Source: an uncultured Ruminococcus sp. (GTDB lineage Bacteria > Bacillota > Clostridia > Oscillospirales > Acutalibacteraceae). Taken from it: a DNA stretch of 64,000 nucleotides. The DNA lies in NCBI GenBank assembly GCA_902777275.1, contig CACYTI010000005.1, positions 39,813 to 103,812 of the forward strand. Direction: 5' to 3'. The notes under the pieces were generated by a model. That model had not been told where the DNA came from, made no database searches, and worked only from the letters and a program-made list of their open reading frames with translations. Numbering within the stretch: the stretch's first letter is position 1; each line of letters starts with the position of its first letter. Below, piece after piece: positions 8,905 through 17,582 of the stretch. The translations under genes were made by a program, and so were the position numbers.

Positions 8905-9018
8905 GTTTTTCGCTTCCGTTCTACATAAATTTCTATTATTTTACCATTTAATGGGTTGTTTGTCAATATACTGCATGAATTATGTAAAATATTGTTATAC
9001 CGGAAGAGGAATCTTGTT

Positions 9019-9609
9019 ATGTTGAACTATTTATGGTGTTTTATTGTTGTATTCAGCGTCATCTGCGCGGTGATAAAGGGAAATTCCGATGATTTGGCAA
9101 CTGCGTTCACAGGCAGTGCGGCGGATGCCGTCGAGCTGCTGATGACCTTGGCAGGTGTTATGGGGCTGTGGTCGGGGCTGATGAAAATAGCCGAGCGGAG
9201 CGGGCTGACGGCGCTTATGGCAAGGCTGTTCGCGCCCGCGCTGAAAAGGCTGTTCCCGACGCTTGACAGAAAAAGCGCGGCGTTCGGGTCGATAACAATG
9301 AACATAAGCGCGAATTTGCTCGGAATGGGCAACACCGCGACGCCTCCCGGACTCCGCGCCATGCGTGAGCTGCGGGAAATGAACGGAGGCGGCGAAACGG
9401 CAAGCGACGAAATGGTGATTTTTGTCGTGATGAACACCGCCTCTATGCAGCTTTTGCCAACGACTCTCGGCAGTCTGCGGCAGAGCTACGGCAGCGAGGC
9501 TCCGTTTGAAGTTTTAGTTCCCGTATGGATAAGCTCGGCGGGCGCACTCGCGGCGGGGCTGACAATAGCGATAATAGGCAACAGACTCAGGAAAGGAAGA
9601 GCTTTGTGA
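9019..9609 (+). CDS. spmA: Spore maturation protein A (nucleoside-recognition domain membrane protein)
   Basis: It shows SpmA-type membrane topology and sequence (..ISANLLGMGNTATPPGL..). It is coupled to spmB. The start is ATG 9019. Confidence 0.8.
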   Translation: MLNYLWCFIVVFSVICAVIKGNSDDLATAFTGSAADAVELLMTLAGVMGLWSGLMKIAERSGLTALMARLFAPALKRLFPTLDRKSAAFGSITMNISANLLGMGNTATPPGLRAMRELREMNGGGETASDEMVIFVVMNTASMQLLPTTLGSLRQSYGSEAPFEVLVPVWISSAGALAAGLTIAIIGNRLRKGRAL

Positions 9610-10118
9610 ATCTTATTATGCCCGCGTTCGCGGCGGTTATTATTATATTCGGGCTGGTGCGAAAGGTGCCTGTCTTTGACACGTTCTCGGGCGGTGCGCG
9701 TGACGGACTGCTGACGCTTTGGAAAATCGCCCCAACGCTTTTGGGGCTGGTGTTCGCCGTGGGACTGCTGCGATCGAGCGGAGCTGCGGAGGTCATCAGT
9801 TCGTTTTTCGCTCCCGTTGCCGACGCCGTGGGGTTTCCGCGCGAGGTCGTGCCCATGGCGCTGCTCCGTCCCGTTTCGGGCGGCGGCTCGACCGCTCTGC
9901 TCACCTCGGTGTTCCGGGACTGCGGTACCGACAGCTTCGCGGGCAGAGTGGCGTCGGTTCTTGCAGGCTCAAGCGAGACGACTTTTTACGCCGTCACGCT
10001 GTATTTCGGCAGCGCGGAAATCAGGAAAATCCGTCACACGCTTGCCGCCGCGATAACCGCCGACGTGACCGCAATGCTGCTCAGCGCTTTCACGGTAAGG
10101 CTCTTTTTCGGAGCGTAA
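9606..10118 (+). CDS. spmB: Spore maturation protein B
   Basis: GTG 9606 overlaps the spmA stop (GTGA); an alternative ATG is at 9618. The membrane protein carries LRPVSGGGSTALL. Confidence 0.8.
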   Translation: MNLIMPAFAAVIIIFGLVRKVPVFDTFSGGARDGLLTLWKIAPTLLGLVFAVGLLRSSGAAEVISSFFAPVADAVGFPREVVPMALLRPVSGGGSTALLTSVFRDCGTDSFAGRVASVLAGSSETTFYAVTLYFGSAEIRKIRHTLAAAITADVTAMLLSAFTVRLFFGA

Positions 10119-10281
10119 AACGCCGGTGGGCGCGCTCTCCGGCCTCTGAAAGCGTTCATATCCGGAGACGTTCATCAACGGCGGGAAATCGAAGTTTCCT
10201 ATAAAAAATAAAAAACCGCATCTTCAAAAAAGTGATTATTAAGCGCCGGATCCATAGTTATAAAAAAACAAAAATATCATC

Positions 10282-10311
10282 TTGACAAGCAGATTATACA
10301 ATTTGTATAAT
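10282..10311 (+). promoter_or_regulatory. Near-consensus sigma-A promoter (TTGACA-18-TATAAT) inside an AT-rich island
   Basis: The -35 is at 10282-10287 and the -10 at 10306-10311. The next ORF start is about 250 nt downstream. Confidence 0.45.
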
Positions 10312-10565
10312 AATATGTTAATGTTTTAATGATATTATTGTTTGAGGTAAATATACCATATTGCTGTTATGTGAAAAGATAAGATAATATCTGTATTTTT
10401 CAATGTTAGCATTCAACGGATTTTAACACTTTCAACAGAGTTTTCCACATTATATTGAACGAAAAGAAATTTACTGACTGTATAAATTCCCGTAAGGAAT
10501 TTTATTTTAATGTTTTGATTCTTCAAAAAAATATTACAATTTTGTAACATGAAAGAAGAGATATT

Positions 10566-11117
10566 TTGGACAAACGGTTTTTAGCTGCCGAAATTGCAGG
10601 AGCCGCCTTCGTCGCCGCCTGCTCCGCGTTTATGCGTCGGCTGTACGATTGGACCGACGGCGAGCTTCTCGGAATACTGTTCGGGTCGGTCAACGGCAGC
10701 TCATGGGAGCTGTGCAAAACTCTGCTTCTCCCGTTTCTGATTTGGTCGCTGCTTGAACTGCTGACGCTGCGGCTCCCGTTTCACCGGTTTGTCGCGGCAA
10801 AAACCGCAGCGCTCTATGCTTTGGGCGCAGGCTTTCTGCTGCTGTCGCAGCTTACGGGCAGCACTGCGGCGGGAATCATCTGCGTTCCCGGGGCGTTCGC
10901 GCTCTCGTTCCTGCTCTGCAGCTCTTCCCTGCGGCTGCGCGGGCTGTTCGCACCCGCGCTTGTGCTGCTCTTCTTGTTCGTGGCGTTTTATTTCAGCCTA
11001 ACGCCGTTTCCGCCTCGCCATGAATTTTTCAGAGACAGATTGACGGGTATGTACGGCATTATCCCCCGCCATTTTGATTACGGCGCCGCCGCGCTCGACG
11101 CGCTGAATTCTATATAG
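10566..11117 (+). CDS. Multi-pass integral membrane protein, unknown function
   Basis: It has 5-6 hydrophobic helices, a TTG start with a weak SD and no recognisable motif. Confidence 0.5.
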   Translation: MDKRFLAAEIAGAAFVAACSAFMRRLYDWTDGELLGILFGSVNGSSWELCKTLLLPFLIWSLLELLTLRLPFHRFVAAKTAALYALGAGFLLLSQLTGSTAAGIICVPGAFALSFLLCSSSLRLRGLFAPALVLLFLFVAFYFSLTPFPPRHEFFRDRLTGMYGIIPRHFDYGAAALDALNSI

Positions 11118-11277
11118 ACGATTTTTCGGGCAAGCTGACTGAAGAACCGGCAAGAGAGATATACTCCGCGAACTGTACGCATTGCGTGTAAAAAATGCGT
11201 TTAATTCTATTAGAGAATATTAACGCTCGGTTTGGTGTGGTATAATGTTCTATATATTGCTATAATGAGGAATGTGT

Positions 11278-12057
11278 ATGAAAGATAATAAAACCGAACC
11301 GAAGCCCGACGTTATATCGGGCAGGAATCCGGTGAGCGAGGCGGTGCGCAGCGGCAGACCGATCGACAAAATTCTTGTGGCGCGCGGCGAAAAAACCGGC
11401 GCGGTCGTCGGGATACTTGCCAAGGCGCGCGCGAAGCAGATCCCCGTAAAGGAGGTTGACCGCGCAAAGCTTGACTTTCTGAGCGGAAGCGCGCCTCATC
11501 AGGGTATAGTAGCTCTCGCCGCCGCCAAGGAATACAGCACTGTCGAGGAGATTCTCGCATATGCCGAAGAGCGGAATGAGCCGCCGTTTTTGATAATTTT
11601 AGATGAACTTGAGGATCCGCACAACCTGGGAGCCATAATCCGCACGGCGGAATGCACGGGCGCTCACGGGGTGATAATACCAAAACGTCGCAGCGCAGGG
11701 TTGAGCTACACCGTAGGCAAGGCGAGCGCGGGCGCGGTGGAATATATGCGCGTCGCAAGGGTGACGAACATCTCGGACCTGATCGATAAACTGAAGGAGC
11801 GCGGCGTGTGGGTTTACGGCGCTGATATGAACGGCACGGATTACGCCGACTGCGATATGTCGGGAGCGTGCGCCATTGTTATCGGAAACGAGGGCAAGGG
11901 CATTTCGCGGCTTGTGCGCGAAAAATGCGACGTTATCGTCTCGCTGCCCATGAAAGGGAAAATCAACTCGCTCAACGCCTCGGTAGCGGCGGGCGTGCTG
12001 ATGTATCACGCGCTCAAAGGAAGAAGACAGACGAAAGGACGTGGTCAATATGTCTGA
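11278..12057 (+). CDS. rlmB: 23S rRNA (guanosine-2'-O)-methyltransferase RlmB (SpoU/TrmH family)
   Basis: It carries GRNPVSEA.., NLGAIIRTAE, GNEGKGIS and SLNASVAAGVL. A GAGGA SD lies 6 nt before ATG 11278. Confidence 0.85.
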   Translation: MKDNKTEPKPDVISGRNPVSEAVRSGRPIDKILVARGEKTGAVVGILAKARAKQIPVKEVDRAKLDFLSGSAPHQGIVALAAAKEYSTVEEILAYAEERNEPPFLIILDELEDPHNLGAIIRTAECTGAHGVIIPKRRSAGLSYTVGKASAGAVEYMRVARVTNISDLIDKLKERGVWVYGADMNGTDYADCDMSGACAIVIGNEGKGISRLVREKCDVIVSLPMKGKINSLNASVAAGVLMYHALKGRRQTKGRGQYV

Positions 12058-14749
12058 TACCGATAAAAACAACGATTTGCTTAAAGAGCTTGAAATACAG
12101 AATATTCTTGAAGAGCTGCAGCAGAACGCCGACGATGAGCAAATGAAGATAAACGCGGAAAAATACCGCGTCAAACCGCCGGTTGAGGAAATTTTCAGCA
12201 ACGCGGATAAAAAGCCGCGCCTGAAAAACGAAATGCCCGACGTTTCAAACGCGATCGCCGACGAAAAAAACGCCGCCACGATGCAGACTGAGTTTTTTAT
12301 GGACGGAGCGGACAAGACGATTCCCAAGAAGCTTAAATCGGAAGCCGTCACGGAAAGAAAAGCGCCCGAAAAGGCAGCTTCCGCGAAAGTCACCCCGCAG
12401 GAAAACGGCGGAAATAAACCGGGGAACGGCAAAAAAGAAAGCCCGGACAGGACTGCGGCTCAAAGCAGCGCCGAAAACAGTAAAATAATCAGTCTGTCTC
12501 CCGAATATGCCGCTGACACGCAGTTTTCGCGCGAGGTTATAAACGAGCTTGACCAGTTCAGGGAAGCGCCGAAAATAGAAAGCTTACACTCAATTGATAT
12601 AGATATAGACGTGGAAGAGCAAAGGAAAGCCGAGCTTGAACACACCGAGGCGCAGAAAAGCCGTTATGAGGAGCTGTTCGGCGTAAAGAAAACCAACGAC
12701 AGGGAGCCGGAGCGCGTCGTCGCCAAGGTTCCCGTTTACCGCCCCGAGAACAAAAAAAACGTTCTCAATGTAAAGGCGGGCAGGTTCTCCGAGGTCGTCA
12801 GACGAGAATACACGGCATATTACAACTCGAACGACCCTACGGTCATGGCTCATGTTATCCGTCCCGAGCCGCAGCAGCCCGTAACCGTGGAAAGTAATCA
12901 TAAAACCGACGGACGCACGGCGCAGGAAAAGCTTTTAGGCGCGGTTGTGGGAATCTTACCCAAAAAAGAGCGTGAAAACGCCGAGGCCGACAAGGACAAA
13001 GAACAACCCGCGCCGGCTGTTGAGGACTATACCTGCGAAGACGACGAGAGCGTCATAAAGTTTGAGCTTAAATCGAACGTCCGAAAGCTGTTTTTCAGAA
13101 GTATAATTTCCGGCGTTATCGCGCTGGTGTCAATAATTCTGACGGTCATAACCCGTGTTGCGCCCGACGGGATAATCTCTGCAATTCCCGTTGCTCCCGC
13201 CGCATACGCGGTGTTTAACCTGCTGCTCGTCGGCTCGTCCGTCGTGCTCAACCGCGTTTCAATGATAGGCGGTCTGTCTCCGCTGCTAAAGCTGAAGGCG
13301 AATTCCGACACGGCGGTCGCGGTCGCGGCGGTCGCGGCGCTTCTCCACACGCTGACGTCGTTTTTCTATCTCGGAGATATGACAAGCTTCAACATCAACT
13401 ATTATTGCGTTATCGTGCTGTTGGCGTTCTTTGCGAACAACATTGGCAAACTTATCATGGTGTCGCGCGTCAGGGACAATTTCCGCTTTTTGACCTCCAA
13501 GGGACAAAAGTACGCCGCAAAAATCTACAACAACGAAAACATCGCGATAAAAATGCTCAACGGCACGCCCTCGGACAACAACCTTATCGCCTATCAGCAC
13601 AAAACGCATTTTGCGGCGAATTTCCTTAAAATATCCTATGCGCCCGATCCGAGCGAGGATTTAGCCTCAAGGCTCGCGCCGATAACGACCGCCGCAGCGC
13701 TCTTTGTGACGCTCATTTACGGGCTTATCACATTCTCCTTCGGCGAGGCTATGAACACCTTAGCGCTCATCACGGCGCTTTCGATTCCTGTTTCCACGCT
13801 GCTTGCAGTGAATATACCGCTCGGAAATCTTTGCAAAACACTGACGGGCTACGGCGCGATGCTCGCGGGCTATCCGTCGGTAAAGCAGTTCTGCGACAGC
13901 ACCGCCGTTATGATGGACGCGTGCGAGCTTTTCCCCGCCGACGCCATCGACTTAGAGGGAATAAAGACCTTTGAGGATTATAACGTTGACGAGTCGCTGC
14001 TGTGCGGCATAGCTGTTTTAAAGGAAGCCGGAAACCCCATTGCGAACGCGTTCGAGTCGGTCGTGACCGAAGCAGAGGAGACGCTTCCCGATGTGGAAAG
14101 CGTTCTGTATGAGGACAATCTGGGCTTGGTGGGCTGGATCAACGGCGAACGTATCCTTGTAGGCTCGCGGGCTCTCATGGACAAATATCAGGTTGACGTG
14201 CCCGACATAAACTACGAGGATAAGTACACCTCAAACGGCAGACAAATCACATATCTCTCACGCGCCGGCAGGCTTATGGCTATGTTTGTCACACGTTACC
14301 GCGCAGACCCCGAAATCAAAAGTGAATTGCAGCGCGCCGAGGCAAACGGCATAAGCTTTTTGATCCGCACCACCGACTTCAACATAAACGACGATTTGGT
14401 GGCAAAGCTTTACAATCTGTTTTACCGCAGCATCAAGGTTCTGCCGACGGGTCTCGGAAACGTGGTCAAGGAAGCCGAGGGCACCGTTGAGGAGCAGTCG
14501 CGCTCTTATCTGATAACACACGGAAAGCCCGCGGGACTCGCGCGCGCTGTATCGGGCTGCGTCCGCATAAAGCAGAACATAACGCTCGGAATAATCATTC
14601 AGCTTATAGCCGTGGCGCTGGGGCTTGTAATAGCCTGCCCGCTGGTGCTGTACGCGGGGATCGGCGTAATGGGCTCGCTTGAGGTTTCCGTTTACGTCTT
14701 GTTCTGGGCGCTTGCCGCAATAATCGCGCCCGCCATTCAAAAACCGTAG
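12050..14749 (+). CDS. Large membrane protein: ~330-aa charged low-complexity N-terminus + 8-TM body resembling a P1B-type ATPase with degenerate catalytic motifs
   Basis: The P-domain-like region reads VKQFCDSTAVMMDACELF / GNPIANAFESVV / GLVGWINGERILVGSRALM / ISFLIRTTDFNINDD / YLITHGKPAGLARAV. It overlaps the rlmB stop by 8 nt. Confidence 0.6.
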   Translation: MSDTDKNNDLLKELEIQNILEELQQNADDEQMKINAEKYRVKPPVEEIFSNADKKPRLKNEMPDVSNAIADEKNAATMQTEFFMDGADKTIPKKLKSEAVTERKAPEKAASAKVTPQENGGNKPGNGKKESPDRTAAQSSAENSKIISLSPEYAADTQFSREVINELDQFREAPKIESLHSIDIDIDVEEQRKAELEHTEAQKSRYEELFGVKKTNDREPERVVAKVPVYRPENKKNVLNVKAGRFSEVVRREYTAYYNSNDPTVMAHVIRPEPQQPVTVESNHKTDGRTAQEKLLGAVVGILPKKERENAEADKDKEQPAPAVEDYTCEDDESVIKFELKSNVRKLFFRSIISGVIALVSIILTVITRVAPDGIISAIPVAPAAYAVFNLLLVGSSVVLNRVSMIGGLSPLLKLKANSDTAVAVAAVAALLHTLTSFFYLGDMTSFNINYYCVIVLLAFFANNIGKLIMVSRVRDNFRFLTSKGQKYAAKIYNNENIAIKMLNGTPSDNNLIAYQHKTHFAANFLKISYAPDPSEDLASRLAPITTAAALFVTLIYGLITFSFGEAMNTLALITALSIPVSTLLAVNIPLGNLCKTLTGYGAMLAGYPSVKQFCDSTAVMMDACELFPADAIDLEGIKTFEDYNVDESLLCGIAVLKEAGNPIANAFESVVTEAEETLPDVESVLYEDNLGLVGWINGERILVGSRALMDKYQVDVPDINYEDKYTSNGRQITYLSRAGRLMAMFVTRYRADPEIKSELQRAEANGISFLIRTTDFNINDDLVAKLYNLFYRSIKVLPTGLGNVVKEAEGTVEEQSRSYLITHGKPAGLARAVSGCVRIKQNITLGIIIQLIAVALGLVIACPLVLYAGIGVMGSLEVSVYVLFWALAAIIAPAIQKP

Positions 14750-14787
14750 AGCTTACAGCTTACGGCAACGAAAAGAGGTTATTTACT

Positions 14788-15438
14788 ATGAAAATCGCAC
14801 CCTCGCTTTTATCCTGTGACTTTTCGGTCATGGGTGAGGAGATCCGCCGGATGGATAAGGCGGGCGCAGACTGGATGCACCTTGACGTTATGGACGGGCA
14901 TTTTGTGCCGAACATCACCTTTGGGGCGCCCGTCATAAAGCATATACGAAAATACACGGAAAAGCCTTTTGACATTCATCTTATGATTTCGGAGCCGCTT
15001 CGCTACATCGACGACTTTGCCGCAGCGGGAGCCGACATAATCACATTCCACGTCGAATGCGATTCCGATATTGAGGCCACGATTGCTAAAATCAAATCGC
15101 ACGGGCTCAAAGCCGGACTTGTTCTAAAGCCAGCCACGCCCGCAAGCGCAGTGCTGCCGTATATTGACGAGCTTGATTTGGTGCTGGTGATGACCGTAGA
15201 GCCGGGCTTCGGCGGACAGTCTTTCATGGCTGACATGATGCCAAAGGTACGCGAGCTTAAATCGGAGCGCGAAAAGCGCGGACTTTCGCTGCTGATCGAG
15301 GCAGACGGCGGAATAGGAGAAGCCACAATAGCTCAGACTGCCGAGGCGGGTGTTGACGTGTGCGTTGCGGGCACAGCCGTTTTCAAGGCTGAAAATCCCG
15401 CAAGGGCAATTGCCGGATTAAAAGAGCTTTGCGAATAA
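14788..15438 (+). CDS. rpe: Ribulose-phosphate 3-epimerase
   Basis: The sequence MKIAPSLLSCDF..HLDVMDGHFVPNITFG..VMTVEPGFGGQ shows full-length similarity. Confidence 0.95.
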   Translation: MKIAPSLLSCDFSVMGEEIRRMDKAGADWMHLDVMDGHFVPNITFGAPVIKHIRKYTEKPFDIHLMISEPLRYIDDFAAAGADIITFHVECDSDIEATIAKIKSHGLKAGLVLKPATPASAVLPYIDELDLVLVMTVEPGFGGQSFMADMMPKVRELKSEREKRGLSLLIEADGGIGEATIAQTAEAGVDVCVAGTAVFKAENPARAIAGLKELCE

Positions 15439-15444
15439 AGTAAA

Positions 15445-15540
15445 GGGAACCTCTAATAATTCCCTGCCGCGCATAAGCACGGGATCTTCACGGCATGATC
15501 TTCCGCGCTTCTGCATAACATTGAATCATTGGAGATCCCC
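15445..15540 (-). repeat. R2 element, long (96-nt) form, reverse orientation
   Basis: It reads GGGAACCTCTAATAATTCCC...CATTGGAGATCCCC. It lies between the rpe stop and the hlyIII start. Confidence 0.9.
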
Positions 15541-15562
15541 TAAAAAACAAAAGAGGAAAAAC

Positions 15563-16201
15563 ATGACAAAAAAATTATATACACTCGGAGAAGAGATTTT
15601 CAGCTCCGTCACGCACGGGATAGGAACTCTTCTCGCAATAGGCGGAACTGCCGTTCTCATCGTCGTTTCGGCGATATTCGGCAACGCTTTGACGGTTGTA
15701 ACCTCGGCGGTATTCGGAGCGAGTCTTATTATCCTGTACTGCATGAGCACGCTTTACCACGCGATTTCAAGCCCTAAAGCGAAGAGCTTTTTCCGCATTA
15801 TGGATCACAACACCATATTCTTTCTGATTGCGGGAACCTACACGCCGATCACCCTTTCGATCCTCGGCGGCACGCTCGGCTGGATATTGTTTGGAGTAGT
15901 ATGGGGTGCGGCTGTTATCGGCATTACGCTGAATTCGATCGACCTTGAAAAATTCCGCAAGCCCTCGGTCATCTGCTATATTCTTATGGGCTGGGTAATT
16001 ATTATCGCGATCAAGCCGCTGCTCAGCGCGATGAGCACGACCTGCCTGTGGCTGCTTATCGGGGGCGGTATATTCTACACGGTCGGAGTGATTTTTTACG
16101 TTATCAAAAAGGTCAAATATTTTCATTCGATCTGGCATATCTTCACCCTGTTGGGCAGTCTTTGCCACTACTTCTGCATATTGTTCTCGGTTATAACATA
16201 A
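15563..16201 (+). CDS. Hemolysin-III / PAQR family membrane protein
   Basis: It has 7 TM segments, with SSVTHGIG, LYCMSTLYHA and HSIWHIF motifs. Confidence 0.85.
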   Translation: MTKKLYTLGEEIFSSVTHGIGTLLAIGGTAVLIVVSAIFGNALTVVTSAVFGASLIILYCMSTLYHAISSPKAKSFFRIMDHNTIFFLIAGTYTPITLSILGGTLGWILFGVVWGAAVIGITLNSIDLEKFRKPSVICYILMGWVIIIAIKPLLSAMSTTCLWLLIGGGIFYTVGVIFYVIKKVKYFHSIWHIFTLLGSLCHYFCILFSVIT

Positions 16202-16215
16202 GGGAACCTCTGATA
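16202..16215. repeat. R2 end fragment (GGGAACCTCTGATA) directly after the hlyIII stop codon
   Basis: It forms a direct repeat with the R2 end at 15445-15458, so the pair brackets the hlyIII gene. Confidence 0.6.
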
Positions 16216-16244
16216 TTTTTCTACATAAAAATCATAAAAATTCA

Positions 16245-16290
16245 GGGACCGGCTCAAAACTCCTCGTGGTTTTGAGCCGGTCCCCTTTTG
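16245..16290. terminator. Bidirectional intrinsic terminator
   Basis: It has a 16-bp perfect stem GGGACCGGCTCAAAAC / GTTTTGAGCCGGTCCC with T-runs on both strands. Confidence 0.8.
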
Positions 16291-16305
16291 CAGATAAATT
16301 CGGAT

Positions 16306-16779
16306 TTATTTAATGATATCGCTCATGATCAAGTTGTTCAGCCTGTCAAACAGGGCGTAAACGAAAACAAGGTTGCTCACCCCGGTATCCTTTCTGCCGT
16401 CTTCAATATTAATAGCTGCCATCTTCGGCGTCAGGTTTTCTTTAACCGCGGCCTTCTGCTCTTCGGAAAGCTCCGCCGTAATGTAGAATTCCATTACGAT
16501 CGCGTTGCCCTTGGCGTAAATATCCTGGCTCATTTGATCGTTGGCAACTCCCGGTTTGGCTATTTCAATATCGCCGTTCGAGAGATACGCCTCTATTTTT
16601 GTCTGAGCCGCTAAATCGCTCACATCAATCGCGTCATCCCTGATCAGAACATCCCCGTCCGGGTTTATCAGAACGTGTTCATCGCTGATGTCAACGTTTG
16701 TTCTTCCGCAGGCGGAAAATGCGAGGCACAGGAGAATCAGCGCGAGTACCTGAGCAATACCTTTTACAGCCTTTGCCAT
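16306..16779 (-). CDS. Lipoprotein paralogous to the extracellular domain of the adjacent kinase (possibly DUF4854-like; the family name is from memory)
   Basis: It has the lipobox LAFSAC. GNAIVMEFY...TGVSNLVFVYALFDRLNNLI aligns with kinase residues GNTIVYEYY...SGVSNAQIVYSYFDINGNLL. Confidence 0.6.
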   Translation of the reverse strand: MAKAVKGIAQVLALILLCLAFSACGRTNVDISDEHVLINPDGDVLIRDDAIDVSDLAAQTKIEAYLSNGDIEIAKPGVANDQMSQDIYAKGNAIVMEFYITAELSEEQKAAVKENLTPKMAAINIEDGRKDTGVSNLVFVYALFDRLNNLIMSDIIK

Positions 16780-16842
16780 TACACACTCCCCCTTTTCACG
16801 GACGCCGCCTTATGCGCCCGCATTCAACCCGGTTTTCAATGA

Positions 16843-17553
16843 TCATTTCATTTCGTTGATATACCACTTTCCGTCAACCTTCTTAAACGTTACCTTGGCG
16901 TCGGCACGTTGATCGCCGATAATCGGAATCGAAGCGGTGATTTTCAGGCTTCCCGACGCCGTATCGCCATCGACCTTCACGTCGTCCCGAAGCTCTAACT
17001 TATAGGTGATCTTCTGTCCCGTCTGATTTATAAACTCGCTGATGTTTTTAAAAACGGTGCTCTCCCCGAGCTTTCGATCTCTCAGCTCCGGCACAAACTG
17101 ATCCGCTATAGCCTGCTCGTCGTTGTCGTTGAGCGCCTTTTCCAAATTCGAGATCCGCTCCGAGAACTGTCCGTTTGTCTGTCCGGATCGCGCAGAAAAA
17201 TCTGTCTGCGGTTCCGCCGACGACACTGAGGACGAAGCGGTATCCTTATCGCCGCTGTTCTTTCCGCCGAAAAACCATATCGCGAAAAACACTCCCGCCG
17301 CTATGACCGCAGCCGCTGTGACCGAGATAATTATAATAACGGGCAGCTTGGATTTTTTCGGAGGCTGCGCTTCCGACTGTGTTTCAGACTGCACTTCGGG
17401 CTGTGCTTCGGGCTGATAAGGTAACTGCTGCGTCTCAGGCTGTTCCGTTGCGGGGTAAGCCGCTTCCGGTTCAGCAGACTTTAGAGGAAAACCGCAGTGG
17501 TGGCAAAACTTTTCGGTTTCTTTAACAGGCTCATTGCAATTCGGGCAATTCAT
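16843..17553 (-). CDS. Zn-ribbon / single-TM / NTF2-like (DUF4878-like) extracellular domain protein
   Basis: It begins MNCPNCNEPV..CHHCGF, followed by a Pro/Gln/Glu linker. The juxtamembrane KKSKLPVIII motif is shared with the kinase. The start is ATG 17553, after GGAGG. Confidence 0.65.
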   Translation of the reverse strand: MNCPNCNEPVKETEKFCHHCGFPLKSAEPEAAYPATEQPETQQLPYQPEAQPEVQSETQSEAQPPKKSKLPVIIIISVTAAAVIAAGVFFAIWFFGGKNSGDKDTASSSVSSAEPQTDFSARSGQTNGQFSERISNLEKALNDNDEQAIADQFVPELRDRKLGESTVFKNISEFINQTGQKITYKLELRDDVKVDGDTASGSLKITASIPIIGDQRADAKVTFKKVDGKWYINEMK

Positions 17554-17582
17554 ATTACACACCTCCGGAGAAAAAATAAACG

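Noticed and set aside
10441-10449. A DnaA-box-like TTTTCCACA in the AT-rich island, raising the possibility of a replication origin.
   Set aside because: It is a single box, there are no dnaA/dnaN/gyrB neighbours and there are no clustered boxes.
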